The notes under the pieces: model-generated
What the model saw: only the letters and a program-made list of their open reading frames with translations
The model's database searches: none
What the model was told of the DNA's origin: nothing
Shown: positions 1-12,590 of the stretch, in pieces
Layout of the letters: every line of letters starts with the position of its first letter
Numbering within the stretch: position 1 is the first letter of the stretch
DNA from: Octopus sinensis
Lineage: Eukaryota
DNA: 64,000 nt
Reading direction: 5' to 3'
Assembly (NCBI RefSeq): GCF_006345805.1
Contig: NC_042998.1
Location: forward strand, 26,474,001 to 26,538,000
Made by a program: the position numbers and the translations under genes

Positions 1-566
1 ACAGACTATTGAGCCTATAAATTAATTAAATACAGAGTAGAATCAGATGAATTCCCAATCCTTTAATTGTCGAATCAACTTGCTCAAGAGGTTAAGAAAA
101 GCTTCTTTGATGCCTTGAAGTAGTCTATTGTACTGTTGTTATCAGGAAGGAGGGACTATAAACAGCCTTGATGATGACTTCAAACAAGTACCAACAAGCC
201 TTTCACAATGTCAAGGCTCATTTGCCTGCCTACTTGCCTGCCTGCCTGCCAGCCAGTCATATCCCCCCCCCCAAACACACACACATTTGACACTGTATAT
301 TTATAGTGTTATTATACATATATATATGCATGCACACATATAGGCATATATAAAAAGGGCAGAGGAGGTTAATAACTGAGGGGCGTAAATTGTTTATAAT
401 ATATAAACTGTTTATAATATTCTAAGCTTTCTCTCTTCGGCACACACGTGTGACATATTTGAATACGTTTACGCATGCACACACACATACACACACGCTT
501 TTATATATATGCATGTATGTATTTATATGCATGCTTATATATTTGTATGGGTATGTATAAATTGTG

Positions 567-603
<37 letters not shown>

Positions 604-681
604 GAAATTATTGTATACAGTGCTCAGGTGCACCACATATATATATGTGTATATATATATGTATGTGTGTATATATATATA

Positions 682-725
<44 letters not shown>

Positions 726-795
726 CTGTACCAAGAACTTTCTTTTTATTATTCTACTATACATACACACATACATATATATATATGTATATTAT

Positions 796-998
796 TTTAT
801 TCTTTTACTTGTTTCAGTCATTTGACTGCAGCCATGCTGGAGCACCACCTTAGTTGAGCAAAGACCCCAGGGCTTATTCTTGTAAGCTTAGCACTTATTC
901 TATCAGTCTCTTTTGCTGAACCGCTAATTTACAGGAACGTAAACAATTGTGGGGGACAAACACAGACTCACAAACATATACATACATGCATATATATA

Positions 999-1046
<48 letters not shown>

Positions 1047-1228
1047 ATATATAAAAATATATATATATATATATACACAGGCTTCTTTCAGTTTCCGTCT
1101 ATCAAATCCACTCACAAGGCTTTGATTGGCCAGAGGCTATATTAGAAAACACTTGGCCAAGGTGCCATACAGTGGGACTGAACCCAGAACCATGTGGTTT
1201 GCAAGTAAGCTTCTACCACACAGACTAT
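796..1228 (-). mobile_element. tRNA-headed SINE family A (CCTTGGGCAAG core-like block, central TA/TG microsatellite)
   Basis: Reverse complement of the family consensus seen about 20 times in the window (head GGAGTGGCTGTGTGGTAAG...GGTTCAGTCCC, tail GACTGAAACAAGTAAAAGA). Confidence 0.9.
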
Positions 1229-1247
1229 AGATGTGTGGTGGTTATAT

Positions 1248-1300
<53 letters not shown>

Positions 1301-3884
1301 ATACATATCAAACTACATACACAGACATTCATGCACCCATACACATATTTGAAGTAGAAACTTGGAAATTTAAAGAAGAGAGTTTGGATCCTATTAACAG
1401 TGTTCCACTATTTTTAAAACGTATGTTGTCTTGTGATTATGACAGTAAAAATAAATCCTGCTGTCTACATTTAAAGATCTTATTATATGCAGGCATCTGA
1501 AGAACATACTTGACCTCAAGTGGATTATATGTGTGGTGAAATACACATTTCTCACTGACATTATACCTACTCCTGGGTCACTAAGTATATACACAATCTA
1601 GTGAGATGCTAACTTGCTGCCTATGAAGCAGGCAGAAATATAAAAAAAAAATGTTAATGTAGTGGGTTTCAGCAGTAAATAGTTTATTCTCGACAATTAT
1701 TATGTTGTACCAATAGCATTATACTGCACTAATATTTCTCTAGTTGAGTATTACATTTTATTGTCAGTAATTATATTATCATATTCACTTGCATTGAAAG
1801 AAAATAAAAACCACACTGAAATATGTGGATTTAAATCACTCAAGCATTTCTTTATTGAATGTGATTAAGTATATATTTTAGACAGATTATTCTTCCAAAC
1901 ATTTTAGTAAACCTAATAATAAAATTGTACTTTGGAAGGAAAACAGCTTTATGAAAAGTTTTTCTTTTTTTTATGTGTGTGTGTGTGTGTGTTTTTTTTT
2001 TATCATGTAATTACATTTCTTCATGAATTATTTGAAATTTTAAGATTGCTATCAACATGAAATTATTAATTTTTAATTCTTTATTTTTAGAATGCTTTCT
2101 GAAATTGATTTTTGTACAGAATAGTTATTTTTTGAAAACTGTATTTTAATAATTGATGATACGTCATTCCATAATAATTTCTTTTAATAAAGCAAAGATG
2201 ACAGAATTACTGTGCAATTTGAAAAGGAAGCAATACTTCTTAGCCAATGTTATATGGTTGTATTAAATAATGAGTGAAATTTTGAAAGATGATTGTTCTT
2301 TTATTAATTTCCCATTCACTATTTTTACTGTCTTTTCAGAGAGCCATATACATTGCCAAGCTAATAAATATCTAGATAAAAATATATAACAAAAACAAGA
2401 TCTTAGTCTTTTTATTTCTTTTCTTTTTTTTATCCCAGCTAATATAATGAATTACATGAATCTTATGCTAGATATGCTATAAAATTTTATTGAAATATTT
2501 TCCCCAGTATCAACATGCTATTACATGAAAACTAATAAAATTTAGCAAAGCAGTAGAAAAATTGAGATTAGCTAAGTGGCAGTGAAGCATCAGTGTAACT
2601 CAAGAACTAGTTGATAGCTGTGTTTTAATTCTGTTTATTTGCTTAGGAGTGAGCAATGTGTTGGGGGTAACAAATCCCTTTAACTATTCAAAACATTCAT
2701 AAAAACTTGTTACTGACCTACTAAGTTACATTATAAAAAAGTAAATGTCCCTTAACCACTGACTCAGTCTCAAAAATAATATTAATACTGTAGAGTCTCA
2801 CATATGTAAGGTAGGAAGTAAAATGATTTTGATTCACTGAGATTGTTTGTGTAATTACTAGAGAAGAATTCCTTCCAGAGGTATTAAAAATCTGAAAACA
2901 ACAAACAAGGAAGATGAATCCAATGAAATCAGTTGACAGAAAATATAAAAATGTTGTATAAAAGTGAATCTGGTCTTAAAGCCAAACAGTGAAAGTGTCA
3001 GCTATGTTATAGTCTTATTAGACCACCTCAGTTAGTAAGACTAAGAGTTATCAATGTATGTATATTTTTGGAAGTTTTCAGCGTGCATGCGCAGAGAACT
3101 GCGAACTGAAAGCATTCCTGCTAAATCTGTTTTTTGAATCAGCAACCCTACCAAGTGGACATGACCAACATTCTCTCAGGGAAAAACCCTACATATAGAG
3201 AAGCTCTCTTCTACGCAGGAACGGAGACAGTAGTTTTTGGCTCACACAAATGAACATTTGTGAACAGTCTTGTGAACTTGGCTACCGGTTTGCCCTTAAG
3301 GAAAATATATGTGTATATATTTTTATTTGCAAAACCCAAAAATTAAAGTATTATTTATTGCTATTGAAGACAGTCGGATTTTGGTTCTCCCTTCGACAAT
3401 TGTATGTGACAAGATAAGACAGACACCCCTCAAGTGTTCCTCAGACCTTCATCTTGTTACATATATATATATATATAAGAAGTATTATTGCCATTATCAA
3501 TAGTATTAATAAGGTAATAATAAAGTGGCTGGCGTTGGCTCTTACTTTAGTTTAGTAAGTGGTATTATATACCCTACTGAATCTATATATATATATATAT
3601 ATATATGTATGAATTTGTGTGTATATATATACATATATATGTATATGTATATATACATATATATGTAGTAGTGGTAGTAGTAGTTGTAGTAGACTAGAAG
3701 TGGATGAAACTAGCTTCTAGTTCATGAAGGCTTCAAATGTAAAATGGAATACAAAACAAGCAATTCACTTGATTCTCCGTTTTGTTGTAATCGATATCAT
3801 ACATTGCCAGCCTATAATTGAAAATACATTTTACTATTGTTCTTGAGAAGCTTATTGGATACAGGATAGAATGTATACACTGTA

Positions 3885-3889
3885 TACTC

Positions 3890-3921
<32 letters not shown>

Positions 3922-4253
3922 GTATATATAATATATAATATATATATATATATATATTATCTAATATATATATAAATATATATATAATATATATATATAA
4001 ATATATATATGTATATAAAATATATATATAAATATATATATGTAGATAAATATATATATAAATATATATATGTAGATAAATATATATAATATATTATATA
4101 TAATATAAATATATATGTAGATAAATATATATATAAATATATATATGTAGATAAATCTATAATATATATATATATATATATATAAATATATATATGTAGA
4201 ATAAATATATATATATATAAATATGTATATATATATAAATATGTAAATATATT

Positions 4254-4301
<48 letters not shown>

Positions 4302-4325
4302 ATATTATATATACCCATATATATG
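3885..4325. repeat. Complex (TA)n microsatellite with recurring ATGTAGATAAAT sub-unit
   Basis: Directly visible low-complexity tract; the ORF 3961..4329 is an artefact of it. Confidence 0.95.
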
Positions 4326-5152
4326 TCACAGGTACTTAAGCTACACTCCATTTATATTATATAATATATTTATAATATTTTGGCTTCGACCTTTGACCCA
4401 CACATAAGTTGTAGCCTGCTTTCATAAATGTTGTTTGCAGCTTCTCTGGCAATTGTGTTTATTATATATGAAAGAAAAAAGAAAACTATTTAGCTGGAAT
4501 AATTCCAATCATTACCAGGACAGACAAGCAAAGTCCTGGAATCATAGATATTATAACAATATGGCTCTATGATTGTGTGCCCAGAACAAACAAATTAAAT
4601 GGTGCTTTTAAATCACTACTCCTGATTGATAGACCATATATATATATATATGCAACCAGCCAATGGAGAAATGTGGTGCATATATGTTTCACAAATGAAG
4701 AGGTCGTTTTGGTTTCTTGCAAGATATCATTAACATACGTTTGATTACAATACCAATATTCATAGAGACAGAGAAGTGACAAGACCAACCTGTTTACTGT
4801 ACTCAATCCTTCTATTCTACAGTGTGTGTGTTTGTGTGTGTCTGTGTGTGTGTGTTTGCAAGCAAATTAGTGTCTCCTACAAATTTCAAGCCCAGAGCAA
4901 CGACTAATAGATAAATTACATGCACTTTTTTCATGTTCGATTTCTGAATAAAAGGCTGTGGTTTATTTATGAATATAGGCGTAAGAGTGGCTGTGTGGTA
5001 AGTAGCTTGCTTATGAACCACATGGTTCTGGGTTCAATCTCACTGTGTGGTACCTTGGGCAAGTTTCTTCTACTATAGCCTCAACCTGACCAAAGCCTTG
5101 TGAGTGGACTTGTAGATGGAAACTGAAAGAAGCCCGTCGTATATATGTGTGT

Positions 5153-5191
<39 letters not shown>

Positions 5192-5194
<3 letters not shown>

Positions 5195-6495
5195 TCATCA
5201 TCATCATCGTTTAACGTCCGCTTTCCATGCTAGCATGGGTTGGACGGTTCAACTGGGGTCTGGGGAGCCCGAAGGCTGCACCAGGCCAGTCAGATCTGGC
5301 AGAGTTTCTACAGCTGGATGCCCTTCCTAACGCCAACCACTCCGAGAGTGTAGTGGGTGATTTTATGTGCCACCGACACAGGTGCCAGACGAGGCTGGTG
5401 AACGGCCACGATCGGATGGTGTTTGTTACGTGCCCACAGCACGGAGGCCAGTCGATGCGGTACTGGCTACGGCCACGTTCGAATGGTTTTCTTATGTGCC
5501 ACCGGCACTGGTAGCACAAAGATACAAATTCCATTGATGTTCATCTATTTTGATTTGGTTTGATTTGATTTTCACTTGCCTCAACAGGTCTTCACAAGTG
5601 TCACAAGAAGGAAGGTATGCACAGGTGGACTGACTACGTCCCAGGTAGGGGCCATGGGTTATGGCCTCACTAGTCTTGCCGGGTCTTCTCACGCACAGCA
5701 TACTTCCATAGGTCTCGGTCTCTAGTCATTTCCTTGGTGAGACCTAAAGTACCAAGGTCATGCTTCACCACCTCGTCCCAGGTTTTCCTGGGTCTACCTC
5801 TTCCACAGGTTCCCTCGACTGCTAGGGTGTAGCACTTTTGCACACAACTATCTTCAGCCATTCTCGTCACATGACCATCCCAGCGCAGCCGTCTCCCTTG
5901 CACACCACAACTGATGCTTCTTAGGTTCAACTTTTCTCTCGAGGTACTTACACTCTGTCGATTATGAACACTGACATTACACATCCATCGGAGCATACTG
6001 GCTTCATTTTTTGCGAGCTTACGCATATCCTCAGCAGTCACGGCCCATGTTTCACTACTATGTAGCATAGCTGTACGTACACATGTATCATACAGTCTGC
6101 CTTTTACTCTGAGCGAGAGGCCTTTTGTCACCAGCAGGGGTAAGAGCTCTCTAAACTTTGCCCAGGCTATTCTTACTCTAGCCGTTACACTTTCAGCACA
6201 CCCACCCCCGCTACTGACTTGGTCACCTAGGTAGCGGAAGCTATCAACTACTTCTAGTTTGTCTCCCTGGAACGTGGTAGAAGTTGGTCTCTGCACATTT
6301 CCAGTGTTTATTGCTCCTGAGCATCTGCCACAGACAAAAAGCATTTTCCTAGTTAGCCTTCCTTTGACATTGCTGCACCTCTTGTGTGTCCATAGCTTAC
6401 ACTTGGTGCACCTTATAGAGTTTCTACCTACACCTTTTTTACAGATCGAGCAGGACCATCTATCTGAAGTCGTTTGTGATTGGTCCACCTTCCTA

Positions 6496-6500
<5 letters not shown>
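5192..6500 (-). mobile_element. 5'-truncated RTE-clade LINE with 3'UTR and (GAT)n tail
   Basis: ORF2 C-terminus followed by a UTR ending in CCATGCTAGCATGGAAAGCGGACGTTAAACGATGATG; same 3' end at 48906-49490. Confidence 0.93.
5670..6490 (-). pseudogene. RTE ORF2 C-terminal fragment: PHD finger plus RT thumb/C-terminus
   Basis: Motifs FRYLGD, RVRIAWAKFREL, LYDTCVRTAMLHSSETW, RLRWDGHVTRM, RGRPRKTW, and C4-H-C3 finger CSIC..CTKC..HKRC..CGRC. The N-terminus of ORF 5670..6599 is microsatellite/SINE. Confidence 0.9.
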
Positions 6501-6544
<44 letters not shown>

Positions 6545-6944
6545 GTGTGTATATGTTTGTGTGTCTGTGTTTGTCCCCACAACATTGCTTGACAACCAAT
6601 GCTGGTGTGTTTATGTCCCCGTAACTTAGCGGTTCGGCAAGAGATACCGATTGAATAATTACTAGGCTTACAAAGAATAAGTCCTGGGGTCAGTTTGTTT
6701 GACTAAAGTTGGTGCTCCGGCATGGCTGCAGTCAAATGATTAAAACAAGTAAAAGTATATGTATATGCATGCATGTATGTATATGTGTGTATATATATGT
6801 ATGTATATAGTGAATCCAAACAAAGAAGAACAACAAGAAAAAACAACAACGCAAGGACGTGGTACAAGTACCGTATTATCAGATGGTCAGGAAAGGAAAG
6901 AAATATATATATATATACGGGTGTGTGTGATTGTGTATAGAAGA

Positions 6945-7080
6945 ATATATTAATAAAAGGGAATTCCAACCTTGTCTAATTTTCACGTTTTATTTACAAT
7001 CTTATAATGATATAAGATAATATAATATAATAAAATAAAATAAAATAATAGAAGGTTGGGATTCCCTTTTATTAATATAT
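6945..7080. mobile_element. Small hairpin/MITE-like element with 29-bp terminal inverted repeats in TA-rich context
   Basis: ATATATTAATAAAAGGGAATTCCAACCTT (6945-6973) vs AAGGTTGGGATTCCCTTTTATTAATATAT (7052-7080), 1 mismatch. Confidence 0.7.
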
Positions 7081-7323
7081 ATATATATATAAATGTACAC
7101 ACACACATATATATATATTCACTTTGTTGGAATACTCATATTGATGTAGGAATGCATGCTCATCATATAAAAATACAGATTATTCATGTAGGAATATATA
7201 TCTTCAGCATGTAGAAATATAGAAGTTTGTATTGGAATACAGATGTTCATGTAGGAAGCAAGATGCCCATTGATATGTGAATATTAGTAACTGTTCTTTC
7301 AAAGGCTGCTAAGAATTTCATGT

Positions 7324-7686
7324 TTAACCCTTTCGTTATTGTATTTATTTTGAGATGCTCTGTGTTTCTTCCAATTATTTTAAATATAAGCATTAGGAAG
7401 GGCATCCAGCTGTAGAAACATTACCAGATCAGACTGGGCCAGATCCCAGTTGAACCGTCCAACCCATGCTAGCATGGAAAACGGATGTTAAACGATGATG
7501 ATGATGATGATGATGATGATAACAAAGAATTTAGTAAAATAACTTAGCTATCATTAAGCTGGTGTTATGAACATAAATTGCAACTAAGATTTTAGTGGAA
7601 GATTTTAATTCAAAACTTATGAAAACAAGACATTTATACTAAAGAGCCAGAGCCGGTTTCAGCTGGGTTGGTAACGAAAGGGTTAA
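7324..7686. mobile_element. piggyBac-type MITE monomer with nested RTE 3' tail (about 7390-7520)
   Basis: TTAA-CCCTTTCGTTA ... TAACGAAAGGG-TTAA; TTAA TSD and CCC termini. Confidence 0.85.
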
Positions 7687-7845
7687 ATCTCACACATTGT
7701 GACTTCATATACACTTGAATTTATGTCATCAGTGGTACCAGGCATAATTAATTCTCGAAGCCAGCTCTTGTTTCCTAAAAAAAAAAAAGAAAAAGCATAT
7801 TTCTTCAAATTTTCAATTATGCCTCATTTTTACAATGTTCTTGTC

Positions 7846-8619
7846 CAGGGGTCGGCGAAGAATTACATGGGGTCGATGATAGCCAAGGGGTCGAATAAGG
7901 GTCGGCATGCGAAAGACCAGCTTATCTAGATGAACTGCTTGAAATACTTGGTCAGCACCATGCTCATCTCTCATTGATGTTGTCAAGTTTAATAAAAGAT
8001 GCATTTTTCACATTTTCTAACCACGAAGACAATTTCATAAAAATTGAAAATTTAATACTGTATACTCATACATGTAGTTTTAAATGTAAAAAATGTGTCA
8101 TCTTCAATAGAATTTCTTAATTTGTCGTACATTTATATTTTAGCTAACATTTTAATTGCCAGCATCAGTACCTGGTATGCATTTATGCATCAGTACCTGG
8201 TACGGTAAGGTAGGGTATTAAGATATTTTAAATGAGGAGGGTGGTTGATGTGGAAGGAGAAGTGGCTAAAGGGGGTGGCGATGGGAAGGAGAAGTGGCTA
8301 AAGGGAGTTGATGTGGATGGAGAAGTGGCTAAAGGGGGGGGCGATGTGGAAGAAGTGGCTAAAGGCGGGGGGGGGTCTATGTGGAACGGGGAAGTAGCTA
8401 AAGGGGGTTGATGTGGAAGAAGTGGCTACAGGGGGTCTATGTGGAAGGAGAAGTGGCTAAAGGGAGTTGATGTGGAAGAAGTGGCTAAAGGGGGTTGATG
8501 CGGAAGGAGAAGTGGCTAAAGGGTGGGGACGATAGGGAAGGAGAAGTGGCTGGGGGGGGCGATGTGGAAGGAAAAGTGACTAAAGGGGGTCAATGGTTGA
8601 AAAAGTTTGTAGGCTCCTG
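7846..8619 (+). mobile_element. Non-autonomous hAT (Charlie/Buster-like) element with internal G-rich minisatellite
   Basis: Ends CAGGGGTCGGCGAA / TTTGTAGGCTCCTG (degenerate TIR); 8-bp flanks TTCTTGTC / TTATAGTC (6/8 identical). Confidence 0.65.
8240..8592 (+). repeat. Purine-rich minisatellite, unit about 26-33 bp (GATGTGGAAGGAGAAGTGGCTAAAGGGGG), roughly a dozen copies
   Basis: Directly visible tandem units. Confidence 0.92.
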
Positions 8620-10164
8620 TTATAGTCCATATAATATCAGACATAAACACATATTACACTAATCTTAATAAAAAATTAAGGAATCTGCCCCTAATGTGCA
8701 TTCAAATGACTGCATTCATACATATGAACGCATTTCTCAGAATACAGAGAGAAACAAAAAGAACACACTGACTTGCTGCTGAGCTTGCTTGTCAAGTATT
8801 AATTTCTTTGTTACTGAAAGCTAATGCAAATGACTACCAGAATTAGCTGCATTTCTAATTCAATTTATATTCTTGTATGTTCTTCACAGAAATCATTTTT
8901 AATCTTACATTGTAATCTTTTAAATCATGGAGAGAAAAGAAAAATAATTGTAAAAAATGGCCAATTTAAATTGCATTTTAGAAGGAATTAGATTTGTTTG
9001 ATGAAACAACTGTTTTGAATTACAAAACCTTTCATATGGAAAATGTTAACAAATACACAGAGTAGATTATAAATTGAAAAATAATTGAAACAAAATACCA
9101 AGTATAGAGAGTGAAAGCAAATCTGTAAATCTCATCACTTTCTAACCTAGAAAACATAATCAATAAACATCATGATGTTGTTTTCTCTCTTGGAAAAAGA
9201 AGAAAATTTGCATAAACTGAAAATATTGTAAAATATAATTTTCTCCATGGAAATCATACAGAATACCTAAATTAAATACTTAAAATATTTTAGCATTTTC
9301 ATAAAAATATTCATAACTCTAATGGCTGACAAATTCTTTCAACAACCTAAGAGTATATGCCGAAGATATTGATAATTTTTTTTATTTCAAATATATCAGA
9401 TATTTATTTGAAGATACGAAAGGGAAAATTTTTGTTTTGTTTCATTTTCTTTTCATTCAGTAAGGTGAAATGATGATAATTACGAAATCAACTGAGAGAA
9501 ATAATACAAATATGATTTGCCCTGGAGCAATGGAAGAGCTGTAGATAATTAACTGTAAAAATATTGGTTCACGTGAGATCACATGATACATGCAGCATCT
9601 ACCTCCTATCTCCCACCTATTTATACTTATTCCTGCTAGGTGCTTGACAAGAACATACTTCTGTTATCATATGTTTTCTGAGAGTAAACATTTATGTTAA
9701 TATGAAAAATGTTCTTTTCATAGTAGAAGTGTCTTTTAACAGCATTCTATAATTACACATAACCTAATTATCTCTAATAAAATCTTGCATAATGTAATTT
9801 CCTAGTAATATAATCTCAACGATAGACTTTAATGTAACAATGCATAAATTAATTTCAGCACTATCAAATACCTTCTAATTTTACCTTGAAATAATCAATT
9901 TCTGATTACACTAGATATTGCTATACATCAACACCTTGGTGAATAGCTTTGAAGAGCCAATGAAAGGCATTAATAATCCATTGGCCCAAATGAAGATAAA
10001 ATATTTATGAGAGCATTTTAAAAACCATGTATTAAGATACTGTAGGATTCAATAAATAATTTAAGGTGAAATTTGGCATTTTTTACTGTTTTACTACTCA
10101 TTATGGTGCTTAAGTTACTAATCCAAGACTGTATGACCTTGGCATCATTTATATGTTGATGCTT

Positions 10165-10559
10165 GTTTGTTTGTTTGTTGAGCGTCCCAGAGCTCGCAAG
10201 ATCGTGCCTCAGGATTGTCTGTAGTGGGAGAAGTCCGAAATGTGGTCCTTTGCTATTCGTAAGACCTGCAGAAGAGAAAGCAGGTCAACCCCCGACACCA
10301 AGAGCATCGACAGATGGATGAATGCGCATCCCGGCTCAGCAGTTGCGTACGAAGTCAGGGACAAGAAACAGGAAGAAAGAGTGAGAGAAAGTTGGAGTGA
10401 AAGAGTACAACAGGGGTCGCCACCACCCCCTGCCGGAACCTCGTGGAGCTTTAGGTGTTTTCACTCAATAAACACACACAAAGCCTGGTCTGGGAATCGA
10501 AACCGCGATCCACCGACCGCGAGTCTGCTGTCCTAACCACTGGGCCATTGCGCCTCCAC
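10165..10559 (-). mobile_element. tRNA-headed SINE family C
   Basis: Head GTGGAGGCGCAATGGCCCAGTGGTTAGG...GGTTTCGATTCCC on the minus strand; related copies at 20448, 22840, 34995. Confidence 0.88.
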
Positions 10560-10805
10560 TATATGTTAATGCTCAAAAGTTTGGATTACATGGATGAATG
10601 AAGAATCTGACATTTCAGGATGAACCCTTTGTTAGACAAAAATTTATTATTCAGTGTCAAATTCCTCTTCACCCATCACCAGCTGTCAATATACAAACTT
10701 ATCTCAACTCATGAACTTTACTATGTAACATTTGCTAACACAGGATAACATCACTTTCATGGCATTCTGCTACCCATCACCACCACCACCCACCTACCTC
10801 ACTGA

Positions 10806-11960
10806 TTTATTGTGTTGATGACTTGATTCTAATGGTTGAATCTGTTGAAGAACACCAGTAGATGCAAAACCAGAAGAACAGTCTAGTTCAGTGGTTCTCA
10901 ACCATTTTTCACCTACAGAACCTTTTGATTCTTGTTTTACTCTACAGGACATTCCTAGCCATTCAATGTTTGAAAAAGATCCAATTATATCTTTTTAATT
11001 AAATATTATGAGGAATTGTATAAAAAAATGTTAGGCGTAGGAGTGGCTGTGTGGTAAGTAGCTTGCTTACGAACCACATGGTTCCGGGTTCAGTCCCACT
11101 GCATGGCACCTTGGGCAAGTGTCTTCTACTATAGCCTCAGGCTAACCAAAGCCTTGTGAGTGGATTTGGTGGACGGAAACTGAAAGAAGCCCATCGTATA
11201 TATGTATGTGTGTGTGTGTGTACATGTTTGTGTGTCTGTGTTTGTCCCCCACAACATCACTTGACAACCGATGCTGGTATGTTTACATTCCCGTAACTTA
11301 GCGGTTCAGCAAAAGAGACTGATAGAACAAGTACTAGGCTTACAAAGAATAAGTCCTGGGGTCGATTTGATCAACTAAAGGTGGTGCTCCAGCATGGCCA
11401 CAGTAAAAAAAAATGTTTTATATATTGTAGAAATACAACTAATTTATTGCACATAAATTTAAGCAACAAAACCTTATATGTGAACCCTGGTCAAGAAGCA
11501 TTGGTCTTGCGTCACAAAACCTAAAGATCAAGAGAGTACAAGCTAAAGTATTAATTAGCATCAGAGACTATAACATTCGTTACTTGAGAAGAGGCCTTAC
11601 TTGTAAAAACAAACTTGATCTTGTATACCAAATGTATGTATAAAAGCTGCTGTGAGATCTTTAGCAGATTATTATAATAACACAGGAATTGACTAGGGAA
11701 AACCCAAGAAATGAAGAATGAGAGCTGTTCAGACAGATTATAAGAAGTCTGAGCTAGGTTCTATTACTTTGATGACATAAAAGGTGGTTGTAGTCAAAGT
11801 ATAATAGTTAGAATAAGAAAGGGTCTGAAAGAAGTTGAAAGGGCTGTTATTTCTGTTGGTGCAAAAATGTCTTTATTCATGCCAAATGCAGATTGTATTA
11901 AAACGTGTGTCAGAAGTATGATTAAATATGAGACCTGGGTGTTAAATATAGTGAACTTAG
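10806..11960 (+). pseudogene. Old degenerate RTE RT fragment interrupted by a hAT MITE and a SINE
   Basis: VDDLILMVESVEE (YADD region) at about 10813; after the insertions GGCSQSIIVRIRKG and KTCVRSMIKYETWVL resemble the 5670-6490 ORF. Confidence 0.65.
10889..11503. mobile_element. hAT-type MITE containing a SINE family A copy (11034-11405)
   Basis: CAGTGGTTCTCAACC ... GGTCAAGAAGCATTG degenerate TIR; flanks GTCTAGTT / GTCTTGCG. Confidence 0.6.
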
Positions 11961-11970
11961 AGAGAGAGAA

Positions 11971-12008
<38 letters not shown>

Positions 12009-12094
12009 ATTATTTGAGGGAATATTAATCCTAACTTACAGGGAAAAAATTAAATTTAGAAATACTAAATCAAATTTCACACTATAATATATAT

Positions 12095-12590
12095 CATTAT
12101 CATCATCATCATCATTTAGCATCCGCTTTCCATGCTAGCATGGGTTGGACGGGTCAACTGGGGTCTGTGAAGCTGGAAGGCTTCGTCAGATCTGGCAGTG
12201 TTTCTACGGCTGGATGCCTTTCCTAATGCCAACCACTCTGCGAGTGTAGTGGGTGTTCTTTACATGCCACCTGCACAGGTGCCAGACAGAGCTGGCAAAC
12301 GGCCACGAACGGATGGTGCTTTTACGTGTCACCGGCACGGGGCTAGGCGATGCTGGCAACGGACATGAACGGATGGTGCTTTTACGGGGCCAGACAGAGC
12401 TGGCAAACGGCCACGAACGGACGGTGCTTTTACGTGTCACCGGCACGGGAGCCAGCCGAGGCTGGCAACGAACACGAACGGATGGTGCTTTTACATCCCA
12501 CCGACACGGGGCCAGACAGAGCTGGCAAACGGCCACGAACGGACGGTGCTTTTACGTGTCACCGGCACGGGGCCAGGCAAGGCTGGCAAT
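12095..12590 (-). mobile_element. RTE 3'UTR-derived element with ABABA(B) tandem units of about 47-61 bp
   Basis: (CAT)n tail, CCATGCTAGCATGG, GGATGCCTTTCCTAA block, repeated GCTGGCAA..GAACGGA(T/C)GGTGCTTTTAC units. Confidence 0.88.

Larger units (their letters stand above)
4978..6755 (+). mobile_element. SINE family A copy split at its central microsatellite by an RTE LINE (head about 4978-5145, tail about 6530-6755)
   Basis: The 5' and 3' halves of the consensus flank the RTE insertion. Confidence 0.9.

Noticed and set aside
475-1500. ORFs rich in Y/I/C/V/M/H (also 3961-4329, 13456-13686, 26018-26489, 33190-33396)
   Set aside because: Translations of TA, TG, TATG, GAT and ATT microsatellites, not genes.
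3400-3460. Minus-strand CTGAGGA-ACAC..GTGT with partial stem I pairing
   Set aside because: The GAAA half of the core is absent; at best a deleted relic.
8815-8840. Octamer ATGCAAAT sites here and at several other positions
   Set aside because: Count is close to chance expectation for this base composition.
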